Below are positions 47,221 to 58,309 of a DNA stretch of 64,000 nt, piece after piece. The position numbers and the translations under genes were made by a program. Each line of letters begins with the position of its first letter. Position 1 is the stretch's first letter. This DNA is from an uncultured Psychrosphaera sp. (GTDB lineage Bacteria; Pseudomonadota; Gammaproteobacteria; Enterobacterales; Alteromonadaceae), in the NCBI RefSeq assembly GCF_947500655.1, contig NZ_CANMSK010000008.1, forward strand, positions 19,139 through 83,138, written 5' to 3'. The notes below the pieces were generated by a model. The model saw only the letters and a list, made by a program, of their open reading frames with translations, was not told the origin of the DNA and searched no databases.

Positions 47221-48468
47221 ATGGAATTATCAATGCTTAGAGGTTTAGTAGGGATTGTAGCGTTACTCGTTATCGCCTACACCTTATCAGACGGTAAAAA
47301 ACAAATTAACTATCGTACTGTAGGATTCGCTTTTGCGGTTCAGCTTTTACTTGGTGCCTTTGTTTTGTACCTGCCATTTGGTAAAGACGTTTTATTGTCT
47401 ATTACTGGTGGCGTTCAAGGTGTCATCGATAGCGCTAAAGAAGGTATCAACTTCTTGTTTGGTGGCTTAGGCACAGACGCCATGTACAGCAACGGCGTTG
47501 GCTTTGTATTTGCTATCCGTGTTTTACCTAACATTATCTTTTTCTCATCTTTAATCGCAGTTCTTTATTATTTAGGCGTTATGCAATGGGTAATAAAAAT
47601 CATTGGCGGTGGATTACAAAAATTATTAAAAACCAGTAAAGCAGAGTCACTTTCTGCCACTGCAAATATTTTTGTTGGTCAAACGGAAGCGCCATTAGTT
47701 GTACGCCCTTATATTGCCAAAATGACCCAATCAGAATTATTTGCCATTATGGTTGGTGGTTTAGCTTCAGTTGCTGGTTCAGTTATGGTCGGTTATGCCG
47801 GACTTGGCATTGAACTAAAATATCTAATCGCCGCCTCTTTTATGGCAGCCCCTGGTGGTTTATTAATGGCGAAAATTATTTGTCCTGAAAAAGAACCTGA
47901 AAGAATAATAGAAGAATCAGTCGAAATTGAAAAATTTGACGAAAACAAACCAGCAAATGTCATTGACGCTGCAGCATCTGGTGCGGCATCAGGCCTTAAA
48001 TTAGCAGTAAATGTTGGTGCTATGTTATTAGCCTTTATTGCCTTAATTGCTTTGTTTAATACCATTGTTGGCGGCATATCGAGCATGTTTGGTTTTGAAG
48101 GCATTACCATCGAATTTATTCTTGGTTACCTATTTGCACCATTTGCCTTTATCGTCGGCGTACCATTTGAAGAAATGTTACAAGCGGGTAGTTTTATTGG
48201 TCAAAAAATAGTGATTAATGAATTTTTTGCCTACACCAACTTTGTCGATGTTAAAGGTGCATTATCACCAGTAACACAAGTAATTATTACCTTTGCGTTA
48301 TGTGGTTTTGCTAACTTATCGTCTATCGCTATTTTACTTGGTGGTATTGGTTCTATGGCGCCGAGTCGTCGTCCAGATATCGCAAGACTTGGTATGCGCG
48401 CTATGATTGCCGCAACATTAGCTAACCTCATGAGTGCCGCAATAGCTGGCTTCTTTTTCGCCCTTTAG
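47221..48468 (+). CDS. nupC: NupC/CNT-family nucleoside:cation symporter
   Basis: Polytopic with CNT motifs ([17 protein letters not shown]; [14 protein letters not shown]). ATG 47221 is preferred over GTG 47215. Confidence 0.9.
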   Translation: MELSMLRGLVGIVALLVIAYTLSDGKKQINYRTVGFAFAVQLLLGAFVLYLPFGKDVLLSITGGVQGVIDSAKEGINFLFGGLGTDAMYSNGVGFVFAIRVLPNIIFFSSLIAVLYYLGVMQWVIKIIGGGLQKLLKTSKAESLSATANIFVGQTEAPLVVRPYIAKMTQSELFAIMVGGLASVAGSVMVGYAGLGIELKYLIAASFMAAPGGLLMAKIICPEKEPERIIEESVEIEKFDENKPANVIDAAASGAASGLKLAVNVGAMLLAFIALIALFNTIVGGISSMFGFEGITIEFILGYLFAPFAFIVGVPFEEMLQAGSFIGQKIVINEFFAYTNFVDVKGALSPVTQVIITFALCGFANLSSIAILLGGIGSMAPSRRPDIARLGMRAMIAATLANLMSAAIAGFFFAL

Positions 48469-48483
48469 GCTAGGACAATTATT

Positions 48484-49257
48484 ATGACTGACTTAAAAGC
48501 AGTAGCACAGCGAGCTTTATCGTTAATGGATTTAACCAGTTTAACCAATACAGAAACCGATGCTGATATTATTAAACTATGTCAGCAAGCAAAATCTCCA
48601 GCTGGCGAAACGGCAGCGATTTGTATTTTCCCAAGGTTTATCCCGTTAGCTAAAAAAGTATTAAAAGCACAACAAACTCCCCATGTAAAAATTGCCACTG
48701 TAACTAATTTTCCTCATGGCAATGACGATTTAGATATAGCCCTTGCTGAAACCAAAGCCGCTGTTGCCTATGGCGCTGATGAAGTCGACTTAGTATTTCC
48801 ATACAAAGCCTTAATGGCTGGTAATGAGAATATTGGTTTTGATATGGTAAAAGTTTGTAAACAAGCTTGTATTGGTAAAGCCAAATTAAAAGTGATCATT
48901 GAAACTGGCGAATTAAAAACACCTGAGTTAATTAAACGAGCAAGTGAAATTGCCATTAACGCCGGGGCTGATTTTATTAAAACATCAACCGGAAAAGTAG
49001 CAGTTAACGCAACGCCTGAAGCAGCAAAGATCATGTTAGAAGTGATTAAAAACAAAAATATAGATGTTGGTTTTAAACCAGCTGGCGGCGTTAAAAACGC
49101 ACAAGATGCTGATGTATATTTATCACTAGCGGATCAAATCCTTGGTGAAGAATGGGCAACAGCTGAGCATTTCCGATTTGGAGCCAGTAGCTTGTTAGCC
49201 AGCCTATTAGATACTTTAGGCCATAAAGTTGATGCTAGTTCATCAAGCGGTTATTAA
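48484..49257 (+). CDS. deoC: Deoxyribose-phosphate aldolase (long, E. coli type)
   Basis: Colinear with E. coli DeoC (MTDLKA...[12 protein letters not shown]...[18 protein letters not shown]...). Confidence 0.95.
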   Translation: MTDLKAVAQRALSLMDLTSLTNTETDADIIKLCQQAKSPAGETAAICIFPRFIPLAKKVLKAQQTPHVKIATVTNFPHGNDDLDIALAETKAAVAYGADEVDLVFPYKALMAGNENIGFDMVKVCKQACIGKAKLKVIIETGELKTPELIKRASEIAINAGADFIKTSTGKVAVNATPEAAKIMLEVIKNKNIDVGFKPAGGVKNAQDADVYLSLADQILGEEWATAEHFRFGASSLLASLLDTLGHKVDASSSSGY

Positions 49258-49300
49258 TATAAATTAGTACCTTATAAACTAAACAATAAAGAAGCACACC

Positions 49301-49879
49301 ATGGCACAACTTTACTTTTATTATTCGTCAATGAATGCAGGTAAGTCGACGCATTTACTGCAGTCATCGTACAATTACCAAGAACGTAATTTAAATACTG
49401 CAATTTATACAGCTAAAATTGATGATCGTTTCGCCCAAGGTAAAGTTGCTTCCAGACTAGGTATAGATGCCGATGCATTCTTATTTGATGACAATAAAAA
49501 CTTACTGTCTGAAATTGAGCAAATGCACACAGATAAAAAATTAGATTGTGTACTGATTGATGAAGCTCAATTTTTAACCACCGAACACGTTAAACAATTA
49601 ACTGACGTGGTGGATGTATTAAATATTCCAGTGCTAGCTTATGGTATTCGTACCGACTTTTTAGGCCAAACCTTTTCTGGTAGTGCCGCATTATTAGCCT
49701 GGGCTGATAAATTAATTGAATTAAAAACCATTTGTCATTGTGGCCGTAAAGCTAACTTTGTTATTAGACAAGATGCCAACGGCGTTGCTGTAAAAGATGG
49801 CGCACAAGTTGAAGTTGGTGGTAACGAACGTTACGAACCACTTTGCCGAGCTCACTTTAAACAGCTGGTTTGGAATTAA
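49301..49879 (+). CDS. tdk: Thymidine kinase
   Basis: [18 protein letters not shown]-loop and a C-terminal zinc motif (CHCGRKA...CRAH). Confidence 0.93.
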   Translation: MAQLYFYYSSMNAGKSTHLLQSSYNYQERNLNTAIYTAKIDDRFAQGKVASRLGIDADAFLFDDNKNLLSEIEQMHTDKKLDCVLIDEAQFLTTEHVKQLTDVVDVLNIPVLAYGIRTDFLGQTFSGSAALLAWADKLIELKTICHCGRKANFVIRQDANGVAVKDGAQVEVGGNERYEPLCRAHFKQLVWN

Positions 49880-49958
49880 TTGAAGCTTGATGTCTTAACA
49901 AAAAGCGAAACACAATCACTTATACCAATTGTATTATTCATACACTAACGGGAAAAAT

Positions 49959-50585
49959 ATGGCCATTTTTGAAAGCACTCACCCACTGGTAAAACATAAA
50001 GTTAGTTTGTTACGTGATATTGATATATCAGTAAAAGCATTCCGCGAATTAGCCAAAGAAGTATCTGTACTACTTACCGTTGAGGCAACACAGCATTTTG
50101 AATTAACTCAGGTTCCACTTACTTGCTGGTCAGGTGATATTAAAGTGCCAATGGTAACAAGTCCGCAACCAACTTTAGTGCCTATTTTACGAGCTGGTTT
50201 AGGCATGTTAGATGGTGCTTTAACTATTTTACCTTGTGCAAAAATAAGTGTGGTTGGCTTACGCCGCGATGAAAAAACCTTAGATCCAGAAACTTACTAC
50301 GAAAACATAATTAACGATATTGAAAGCAGAACAGCGATCATTATTGATCCTATGCTAGCAACTGGTGGCACGGCAGTCTCAACCATAGATTTGCTTAAAA
50401 AATCAGGCTGTAAACATATAGTGGCTTTATTTTTAGTTGCAGCTCCAGAAGGTATTCAAGCATTGGTTGATGTTCATCCAGATGTAGACTTAGTCATAGG
50501 TATGATAGATGAAAAGCTAAATGAAAATGGATATATACTGCCAGGATTAGGCGATGCGGGTGACAAGATATTTGGTACGCTTTAA
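49959..50585 (+). CDS. upp: Uracil phosphoribosyltransferase
   Basis: HPLVKHKVSLLRD..., the PRPP motif IIIDPMLATGGT and C-terminal GLGDAGDKIFGT. The ATG at 49959 is preferred over 49929. Confidence 0.93.
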   Translation: MAIFESTHPLVKHKVSLLRDIDISVKAFRELAKEVSVLLTVEATQHFELTQVPLTCWSGDIKVPMVTSPQPTLVPILRAGLGMLDGALTILPCAKISVVGLRRDEKTLDPETYYENIINDIESRTAIIIDPMLATGGTAVSTIDLLKKSGCKHIVALFLVAAPEGIQALVDVHPDVDLVIGMIDEKLNENGYILPGLGDAGDKIFGTL

Positions 50586-50631
50586 GTTTAAGGTTTAAAG
50601 CTGGAAGGTTTTAAGGCTTGAAGGTAAAAGT

Positions 50632-50667
50632 AATCAGCTGACATTGAATGTTGAAAGTCAGCTGATT
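50632..50667. terminator. Hairpin between convergent upp and deoA
   Basis: aatcagctgac ... gtcagctgatt, an 11-bp perfect stem with a 14-nt loop and no strong T-run. Confidence 0.45.
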
Positions 50668-50693
50668 AAATAACACGATTTATCCGTTAATAT

Positions 50694-52001
50694 TTAATAA
50701 CTATAAATCACTGGCGCTAGCTCTGGTTTAGCATCTGAGAAGCTTAACGCTTGACGATATTGCTCAGCAGCTAACTTAGCGCCAACTTCATCTTTTGCGT
50801 GTACACGTGCAATTACATCGCCTGCTATTACTTTTTCACCTAAAGGTAAAATAGCATCAAACCCAACAGTATGATCAACTGGTTGGCGTGGTGCAGTACG
50901 TCCACCTCCAAGACCAACAACTGACATACCAATATCACGTGTATTCATTTGAGATAAATAACCACTTTGCGTCGCTTTAATATCAACAATCACATTGGCT
51001 TTTTGCATAGCATCCCAAGGTTTGTCTAAGTAATTTTTTGGACCGCCTAGCGCTGCAACCATTTTATCAAACACCTCAGCTGCTTTGCCTGAGTCTAATG
51101 CGTTATTAATTTGTTTCTCTGCTGAGTTAGCATCAAGTGCCAAACCAGAATTAACTAGCATAGCCGTCGCTAGTGACTTCACTACAGTATGCAAACGAGG
51201 GTCAAGGTATTCACCTTTTAAGTACTGAACAGTTTCAAACATTTCTAGCGCATTACCTGCAGTCACACCAAGCACTTGATTCATATCGGTAATAATGGCT
51301 TGGGTTTTAACCCCCGCATTATTGGCAACACTGCTGATACTTTCGGCCAATGCTTTAGCATCTTCTAATGACGTCATCATAGCGCCATTACCAACCTTTA
51401 CATCCATCACTAACGTATCAAGACCTGCCGCTAATTTCTTAGATAAAATAGAGGCGGTGATCAATGGAATAGATTCTACCGTTGAAGTTACATCTCTTAT
51501 TGAATAAAGGCGTTTATCTGCCGGAGCTAAATTGTCAGTTTGCGAAATAATTGCAACACCTAGCTCTTTAACAATTCTTTTAAATTCTGGAATTGTTGGT
51601 TCAACATTAAAACCAGCAATACTTTCTAATTTATCAGAGGTGCCGCCCGTATGACCAAGGCCACGACCTGAGATCATTGGCACGTAACCACCACATGCTG
51701 CAACAATTGCTGCCAGCATAAAGCTAACTTTATCACCAACACCACCAGTTGAATGCTTATCTACGATAGGGCGGTCATAACCTTCCCAACTAAGAACATC
51801 ACCTGAATGCATCATAGATGTGGTAAGCGTCACTTTCTCTTCTGTATTTAAGCTGTTTTGAAAAATAGCCATTGCCATAGCACCAACTTGGGCGTCGGAA
51901 AACGAACCGTCGACTAAGCCATCAACAAAACGCTGAATTTCTTGTGTTTTTAATACTCCACCATCACGTTTTATTCTTATAATATCTTGAGGTAATAGCA
52001 T
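50694..52001 (-). CDS. deoA: Thymidine phosphorylase
   Basis: Colinear with E. coli DeoA (DIIRIKRDGGVL...VDKHSTGGVGDK...). Confidence 0.95.
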   Translation of the reverse strand: MLLPQDIIRIKRDGGVLKTQEIQRFVDGLVDGSFSDAQVGAMAMAIFQNSLNTEEKVTLTTSMMHSGDVLSWEGYDRPIVDKHSTGGVGDKVSFMLAAIVAACGGYVPMISGRGLGHTGGTSDKLESIAGFNVEPTIPEFKRIVKELGVAIISQTDNLAPADKRLYSIRDVTSTVESIPLITASILSKKLAAGLDTLVMDVKVGNGAMMTSLEDAKALAESISSVANNAGVKTQAIITDMNQVLGVTAGNALEMFETVQYLKGEYLDPRLHTVVKSLATAMLVNSGLALDANSAEKQINNALDSGKAAEVFDKMVAALGGPKNYLDKPWDAMQKANVIVDIKATQSGYLSQMNTRDIGMSVVGLGGGRTAPRQPVDHTVGFDAILPLGEKVIAGDVIARVHAKDEVGAKLAAEQYRQALSFSDAKPELAPVIYSY

Positions 52002-52009
52002 ATTTTTCC

Positions 52010-52435
52010 TTAGTTTTCTGACAATTGTTTTGGTGTAAACGCATCTGGTAATAACTCAGACACTGTCCATACTTTTTGTTTATTTTTGTGATTAACCGCT
52101 ATGACTGGAGCATCGCTTGCAAAAAACTCTGAAATAACTTGTCTACAAGCTCCACACGGAGGCGTAACTTCATCTATTTCTGTATAGATAACGATAACTG
52201 TAAACTCTTGCTCACCATTAATAACTGCATTACTAATGCAATTACGTTCCGCACAAACCGTTAAACCGTAAGATGCATTTTCAACATTACAGCCTTTAAC
52301 TATATTGCCACTTTTGGTCAACGCCGCTGCGCCAACATGGAACTTGCTATATGGTGCGTATGCTTTTGTATAAGCATCTTTTGCAGCCTCAATTAACTCA
52401 GCTGGAAGTTCAAATTTAGAGTCATTCATATTCAT
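52010..52435 (-). CDS. cdd: Cytidine deaminase (short homotetrameric type)
   Basis: 141 aa with zinc motifs CAERNCI and PCGACRQ. Confidence 0.9.
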   Translation of the reverse strand: MNMNDSKFELPAELIEAAKDAYTKAYAPYSKFHVGAAALTKSGNIVKGCNVENASYGLTVCAERNCISNAVINGEQEFTVIVIYTEIDEVTPPCGACRQVISEFFASDAPVIAVNHKNKQKVWTVSELLPDAFTPKQLSEN

Positions 52436-52471
52436 TAACCAGTTAATTTATTCATACTTACAATAGCATTG

Positions 52472-52487
52472 TTGACCATTTGGTCAA
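52472..52487. promoter_or_regulatory. RutR-type box TTGACCATTTGGTCAA
   Basis: Both 7-nt arms are perfect. It lies 37 nt upstream of the cdd start codon (52435). Confidence 0.65.
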
Positions 52488-52522
52488 GTAAAATAAAGCA
52501 TGTTTATTTATATTTTTTACAT

Positions 52523-52552
52523 AAAAAAACCGCACTAAATAGTGCGGTTTTT
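52523..52552. terminator. Bidirectional rho-independent terminator downstream of the Oar-like receptor gene
   Basis: aaaaaaa-ccgcact-aaat-agtgcgg-ttttt. Confidence 0.8.
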
Positions 52553-52577
52553 AGGATTACAAATTAATCAAGCTTGA

Positions 52578-55500
52578 TTAGAATTTGTAGTTAACACCAA
52601 CTCTAATTTGCCATAATGACTGCGTTGCAAATGTTGTCTGCTCAGCATTCTCTGAATAAAATTCTTTGAAGTTATAACCTCCAGCATCATTAATTTCAGC
52701 TTCTACTACATTTTGGCCAACATAGTTACCTATGCGTTTAACACCCCACTCGTCGTTCAACATATTACCTAAGTTTTTAATAACAAAGTAAGCACTTGCT
52801 TTATGTCCACCAGTGAACGCTGGTAATTGCTGATCAATTCGGAAGTCTACGCGACTACTCCAATCCGCATTATGAGAGTTACGATCAATAATTTCACCAC
52901 GAGTTAAGTCTTCATCTTTGATAAACTTATTGAATGCATCTAAATCAAAATCACTTTCATACGTTACATTAGGATCATTTTCTAATGGAACATATAGTAA
53001 ATGACGAGTACTTGCATACTCAGTATCTCCAACACTTAAGCTATCAAATGTATAAGACATTGGACGCCCTTGCGTGTATGAACCAAATAAAGAAAAACTT
53101 GTTTTATAATTTTCAATTAGCTCTTTAGAGTAACGTAAATTAAACGTGAAGCGATGCGGTGTTTCATAGTTAGATGTAGAAAGACCCGGATCTTGTGCAT
53201 CTGAAGTCGCAAAACCTGTAAAGTTAGAATACGATACCGAACTAGTCATTGGAGATACATCCTCTGACTTATTGAAAGCGTAACCAATATTGGCATCTAA
53301 TCCAAAATCAAACTCTTTTTTCACTGCTACAGATATAGTAGTAGAACTACCATTTTCTTTAGCATTAGTTAAGATCAAATCACTTTTAAGGTAATTACGA
53401 TATACATCACCATAATCATTTTCGCCAACTACAACATAATCATAAACCGCTCGTCCATCAAATAACTCAGTACGGTTTTCATCATCCCAACTAGCTGCTG
53501 TTATTATTGCGCTGTCTTGTTTTTTTGAATATAACAAGTCTGTTTGGATAACATAATCACCTTCAGTTATATACGTAAAACCGATGTTATATTTCCACTC
53601 AGATGGAATTTCAAAGTTTGGATCAATGGCGTTAACTGATGGTTCGTTACCTAAAGAAGGGTCATTACTTGCAACGTCATCAACTTGAGATTGTAATGCG
53701 TCATAAATAGGACGACCTTCTCCACTAAATAAACCATCTATTGGTGTACCGTCGTCATTTAATAAATATGTGTCTCTAAGATATGTATCAATATTCGTAA
53801 CACCATCGTTTGAATATGAATTTGATAGCCAAACATTTGGATTACCGCCTGAGTAAAGACCAAAACCACCTCGAACTTCTAGGTTATCTTGAACACTCCA
53901 ATTAAATCCAAAGCGTGGTTGGAATAAATCCTTACCATCTAGAGTATGATCATTTCTGTAACCATAACGTTCTTCAAATATTGCATTATAACGAGGAGTA
54001 TCATCACTCGTATACCAATCATAGCGAGCACCTACGACGACTGTTAAATCGATATCGTCAAATACATATTCATCTTGAAGATAAGCTGCATGAGTAGCAA
54101 ATTCAAAACTAGCAGCTGCATCATCAGGGTTATTTGTTCCAGCAGAGTTATTGTAATAAATATCATCGGCTAAACCAGCTTCATAATCATCTAAACTATT
54201 AAAGCGATATTCACCAACTGTATGCTGCATGAATAAGTTAAATACGCTTAAATTCTCATATTCATAACCACCAGAAATAGTATGGTTATCCATGTAGTAT
54301 ATACCTGAGAACTTGGCTGTTTGGCTATCCCAGTTCAACTCATTTGATTGACGAGAGTCATCAGGACCAATATATATTGAATTCCCGTTAATACCTTCAA
54401 TTCGTACTTCACCAAAGCCACTATCAGCATCTATTGAACGTTGTGTATTATCTAGCTTAATTTTACCAATACGAACTTCGGTGCTGAAATCATCAGACCA
54501 GTCAGACCAAAGTGATGCAACCATTGAGTTTAATTCTGCACCTACTTTATAAAAGTGGTTAGATAACGTTACAGTATTATTATAATCGTCTGATTGATCT
54601 ATACGGAAACCATCATTATAGTTATATACAAATGATGCGCGATGATCATCATTAATGTTCCAATCTAACTTAACCAATAATTTCTCATCGTCTACTGGAG
54701 AAGATGCTGGCATACCGCCTGGATCGTAATCGTACACATCTTTAGTTATAGCAATTGCTCTGTCTAAGTCAGCTTGAGAAATTTGATCTTCACCGAACCC
54801 GTTATATTGAAAAATTTGTACACTATCTAGTTTTTCATAAGCAGCATATAAAAATAATTCATCTTCAATTAAAGGTAAACCTATGTCGAACCCAAAACGA
54901 GTTTCAGTGTAATTGCCAGTTTCTACATCTTCACCGTCAATACTATCACCACGTAATTCATCGCTAGACATATCATAGAAAAAACTACCAGTAACTTCAT
55001 TTGTACCAGACTTAGTTACCGCATTAATATTACAACCAGTAAAGCCACCATATTGCACATCAAATGGAGCAAGCTCTACAGTTATTTGGTCCAAGCTACT
55101 GAATGAAAATGGCATACGTACAGTCGGATATCCATTATTATTCAAACCAAAGCTGTCATTCATACGAACGCCATCAACAGTTAAGCTACTATAACGAGGG
55201 TTGCTACCAGCACATAATATAGCTTCTGCACCATTAGCTTCTTCAATGTTAATTCTAGGGTCAATACGCACTATATCTTTAATATCTCTATCAGCAGATG
55301 CTGCATTTTCGATATCTGCTAAATTAAAGTTAGACGCTGGACTAGTAGAACCCATTTCCATTGCACTAATAGGACTAGCAGTAATTTGAATAGTTTCAAT
55401 TGAGCTATTTTCTAGCTTAAAGTTTAATTGTAGAGGCTCACCCAGCTTAATAAAAGCATCATCAATAACTCGATCCTGAAATTTATCAGAATCAACAACT

Positions 55501-55748
55501 ATTTTATAAGGGCCCCCAACACGTAAGCCGTTGGCAGCAAAACCGCCACTTTCATTTACGGTAACAGCTTTGCTTGTACCTGAAGGAATATGAGTAACAG
55601 TTACTATAGTACCTACCGCTGCATTTCCTTGAGGTCCATTTACTACCCCTTTAATTGCAGAGGTTGTTGTATTAGCCATAGCAGCTGTTGATAAACCTAG
55701 AGCTAAGACTACGGCTCCGGCGATTTGTGAAAGACGATGATTTTTCAT
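52578..55748 (-). CDS. Large Oar-like TonB-dependent receptor with N-terminal carboxypeptidase-regulatory-like domain
   Basis: ATG 55748 (AAGGAA RBS) gives the signal peptide MKNHRLSQIAGAVVLALGLSTAAMA. This is followed by a CarboxypepD_reg-like segment (IKGVVNGPQGNAAVGTIVTV...GGPYKIVV), a plug and a ~1000-aa barrel ending in VGVNYKF. The ORF-track start at 55805 is an over-extension. Confidence 0.88.
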   Translation of the reverse strand: MKNHRLSQIAGAVVLALGLSTAAMANTTTSAIKGVVNGPQGNAAVGTIVTVTHIPSGTSKAVTVNESGGFAANGLRVGGPYKIVVDSDKFQDRVIDDAFIKLGEPLQLNFKLENSSIETIQITASPISAMEMGSTSPASNFNLADIENAASADRDIKDIVRIDPRINIEEANGAEAILCAGSNPRYSSLTVDGVRMNDSFGLNNNGYPTVRMPFSFSSLDQITVELAPFDVQYGGFTGCNINAVTKSGTNEVTGSFFYDMSSDELRGDSIDGEDVETGNYTETRFGFDIGLPLIEDELFLYAAYEKLDSVQIFQYNGFGEDQISQADLDRAIAITKDVYDYDPGGMPASSPVDDEKLLVKLDWNINDDHRASFVYNYNDGFRIDQSDDYNNTVTLSNHFYKVGAELNSMVASLWSDWSDDFSTEVRIGKIKLDNTQRSIDADSGFGEVRIEGINGNSIYIGPDDSRQSNELNWDSQTAKFSGIYYMDNHTISGGYEYENLSVFNLFMQHTVGEYRFNSLDDYEAGLADDIYYNNSAGTNNPDDAAASFEFATHAAYLQDEYVFDDIDLTVVVGARYDWYTSDDTPRYNAIFEERYGYRNDHTLDGKDLFQPRFGFNWSVQDNLEVRGGFGLYSGGNPNVWLSNSYSNDGVTNIDTYLRDTYLLNDDGTPIDGLFSGEGRPIYDALQSQVDDVASNDPSLGNEPSVNAIDPNFEIPSEWKYNIGFTYITEGDYVIQTDLLYSKKQDSAIITAASWDDENRTELFDGRAVYDYVVVGENDYGDVYRNYLKSDLILTNAKENGSSTTISVAVKKEFDFGLDANIGYAFNKSEDVSPMTSSVSYSNFTGFATSDAQDPGLSTSNYETPHRFTFNLRYSKELIENYKTSFSLFGSYTQGRPMSYTFDSLSVGDTEYASTRHLLYVPLENDPNVTYESDFDLDAFNKFIKDEDLTRGEIIDRNSHNADWSSRVDFRIDQQLPAFTGGHKASAYFVIKNLGNMLNDEWGVKRIGNYVGQNVVEAEINDAGGYNFKEFYSENAEQTTFATQSLWQIRVGVNYKF

Positions 55749-56100
55749 CTGATTTCCTTGGTTTAAGTTATTAATTTTTTGAATGATTATTATTATAAAA
55801 AGCAAACGGTAAAAAAGTTAACCATTTGCTCTGTTTTTCATTTCGAACGAAATTAAACCAGATTTTTGTGTAAGTTTCATTACAATTGACGACTCTTTTT
55901 ATAAAAGTGTCGTTAATTAGAGATAATTACGGCCAAAACCGCTTGAATAAATAAATTTTATTCATTAAATACATAGGGTTAGATGGAATATAAATTAGTT
56001 CAGTTTATACATGAATTATTTTTCACCTTATACTCTAATTTAACAATATATAGTTTGATTTTTAATCTACAGGTTGTATTTTTTAACCTATAGATAAGTC

Positions 56101-56116
56101 CTGACCTTTTGGTCAG
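56101..56116. promoter_or_regulatory. RutR-type box CTGACCTTTTGGTCAG
   Basis: Palindromic TGACC/GGTCA arms in the 655-nt divergent region between the receptor (-) and the tetR-EEP-phoA unit (+). A further half-site (TTGGTCAA) lies at 56319-56326. Confidence 0.45.
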
Positions 56117-56403
56117 TAAATAATATCCAATATAAACAATACCTTAAAAACCTAACACCTTAAAACGTTCATTAAATATGGCTATAAATCTATAAAACAT
56201 TCACTTTGTTCGTTCAGCTGTCTTTTAAATGTAACTATTACCATTTATAGTAACCTCTTAAAATATTCGAGGTAAGTTTTGCTAACTGTTAAAAGGTAAA
56301 TGCACAAAAACTTACTACTTGGTCAATATTTATAAATATGCATTAAAAAACTTTTCAAATTATGCAGTATTTAATTAGAAGAATTTAGCGTTTGGATGAT
56401 CAC

Positions 56404-57033
56404 ATGGCAGTAAATCAAACTAAAAAAAGCAGTAATATTCGCGTTCAAAGTCAACAAAAGATCCTTATTGCAGCCAGTACTGAATTTGTACTTCAAGGCT
56501 ACAAAGGCGCGACGGTGCAATCTATTGCCGACCGAGCCGAATTACCTAAAGCCAATATTCTTTATTACTTTAAAAACAAAGAAAACATCTACCAAGCGGT
56601 GTTAGAACACACCTTAGAGATGTGGGACCAAGGTATTGGTGATCTTGACCCAGCCGATGGCCCAAAGCTCGCAATAGAAAAATTTATAGATGCCAAGGTA
56701 CGCTTATCTTTTAATCATCCTGAATCTTCAAAAATATATGCAATGGAGATAATCCAAGGCGCACAACATTTAAAAGAATTTGCACGCACCTATTTAAGAC
56801 AGTGGGTTAGAGAAAAAGCTAAGTTATTTCAACAATGGATTGATAATGGCGAAATGCAGGATGTTGACCCAGTACATTTGATATTCCTTATTTGGTCTTC
56901 AACGCAGCATTACGCTGACTTTGAAACTCAAATATTAACCATAATGAACCGAGCGGATTACGAAGATGATGACGTAGAAAATGTTATCAAATTTTTAACC
57001 GACATGATCTTACGTGGTTGCGGGTTGAAATAG
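56404..57033 (+). CDS. TetR-family regulator, RutR/YcdC subfamily (paralog 2, nucleoside cluster)
   Basis: HTH (YKGATVQSIADRAELPKANILYYF) and a RutR-type C-terminal signature (VHLIFLIWSSTQHYADF). ATG at 56404; an alternative TTG lies at 56392. Confidence 0.85.
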   Translation: MAVNQTKKSSNIRVQSQQKILIAASTEFVLQGYKGATVQSIADRAELPKANILYYFKNKENIYQAVLEHTLEMWDQGIGDLDPADGPKLAIEKFIDAKVRLSFNHPESSKIYAMEIIQGAQHLKEFARTYLRQWVREKAKLFQQWIDNGEMQDVDPVHLIFLIWSSTQHYADFETQILTIMNRADYEDDDVENVIKFLTDMILRGCGLK

Positions 57034-57039
57034 ACCATT

Positions 57040-58260
57040 ATGAAAAACGTCCTTTTAATATCGATACTATTTATGCTGACCACAACTAAATTAGATGCAA
57101 ATGAAATTTATGCTGGTGAAATTAGAGTGGCGACCTTTAATGTCAGTATGGAAGCGACGAACTATGCAAATGCTACCAAAGATAAAAAATCAGACGTATC
57201 GGGTCAAACTCTGGTTAATGCTTTAGCCACAGGTCATCAACAAATTAAAAACATTGCTGAAATTATCCAGCGCGTTAAACCAGATATTATACTGCTGAAT
57301 GAATTCGACAATGCCAATAACAGTAATGTTAATGATCACGCTGCCTTATTAAGCTTTATTAAAGACTATTTGAATCAAAGCCAAAATGGGCAAAAAAGTA
57401 TTGATTATAAATACTTTTATCAAGGGCCTGTAAACACCGGCGTTAATTCAAATCTTGATTTAGATAATAATGGTGAAAAAGGGCAGCTTCCGTCTGACGG
57501 TTATGGATTTGGTCACTTCCCCGGTCATTATGCCATGGCGTTATTATCTAAATACCCAATAAATACAGACAAAATTAGAACCTTCCAACATTTCAAATGG
57601 AAAGACATGCCAAATGCACTCCGCCCTTTTGACCCCGATACTAAGCAGCCTTGGTATAACGACAAGGTTTGGAATGAACTTCGTTTATCTTCAAAGTCAC
57701 ATTGGGATATTCCAGTTAATGTAAATGGAACTGAGTTACATATTTTAGCTAGTCACCCAACACCACCTGTATTTGATGGTAAAGAAGATAGAAACGGCAA
57801 ACGTAACCACGATGAAATTCGCTTTTGGACAAATTATATAACGCCTAAAAATGCATCTTATATTTACGATGATCAAGGTAATAAAGGTGGACTTGTCGGC
57901 GATAAGTCATTTGTAATATTGGGAGATCTCAATGCATCAAATATGGAAGGCTCTGCTATTTATTCAGGTATTGGGGATTTGTTAAATCATCCAAATATCC
58001 AAGATGTGATGCCACAAAGTAACGGCGCACAGAAACATAGCGCTAACAGTAAAAAAAATAAGTTTGCCCAGAATCACACTGCATTTTGGCGCATGAGAGC
58101 AGATTACGTTCTCCCGTCAAAAAATGGTATTGAAGTAAAAGGCAGTGGCGTATTTTGGCCAACCAAACAAGAAGATACATATAGATTAATCAAGGATAGA
58201 AGCGCATCATCGGATCATAGATTGGTCTGGTTAGATTTACGTATTGAATCTACAAACTAA
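57040..58260 (+). CDS. Secreted endonuclease/exonuclease/phosphatase (EEP) family protein
   Basis: Signal peptide plus EEP motifs (VATFNV, ILLNEFD, LGDLNAS, C-terminal SSDHRLVWLDL). It starts 6 nt after the tetR stop. Confidence 0.8.
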   Translation: MKNVLLISILFMLTTTKLDANEIYAGEIRVATFNVSMEATNYANATKDKKSDVSGQTLVNALATGHQQIKNIAEIIQRVKPDIILLNEFDNANNSNVNDHAALLSFIKDYLNQSQNGQKSIDYKYFYQGPVNTGVNSNLDLDNNGEKGQLPSDGYGFGHFPGHYAMALLSKYPINTDKIRTFQHFKWKDMPNALRPFDPDTKQPWYNDKVWNELRLSSKSHWDIPVNVNGTELHILASHPTPPVFDGKEDRNGKRNHDEIRFWTNYITPKNASYIYDDQGNKGGLVGDKSFVILGDLNASNMEGSAIYSGIGDLLNHPNIQDVMPQSNGAQKHSANSKKNKFAQNHTAFWRMRADYVLPSKNGIEVKGSGVFWPTKQEDTYRLIKDRSASSDHRLVWLDLRIESTN

Positions 58261-58309
58261 ATTACCTTTAACGCCCTAATAATTCAGTGTATAAATATTG
58301 GAATATAAA

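Noticed and set aside
50586-50631. Periodic AAGG(T/C)TT motifs after upp (taaggtttaaagctggaaggttttaaggcttgaaggtaaaag)
   Set aside because: The repeat is short and imperfect, with no second copy elsewhere in the window and no obvious function. It is probably incidental sequence next to the terminator hairpin.
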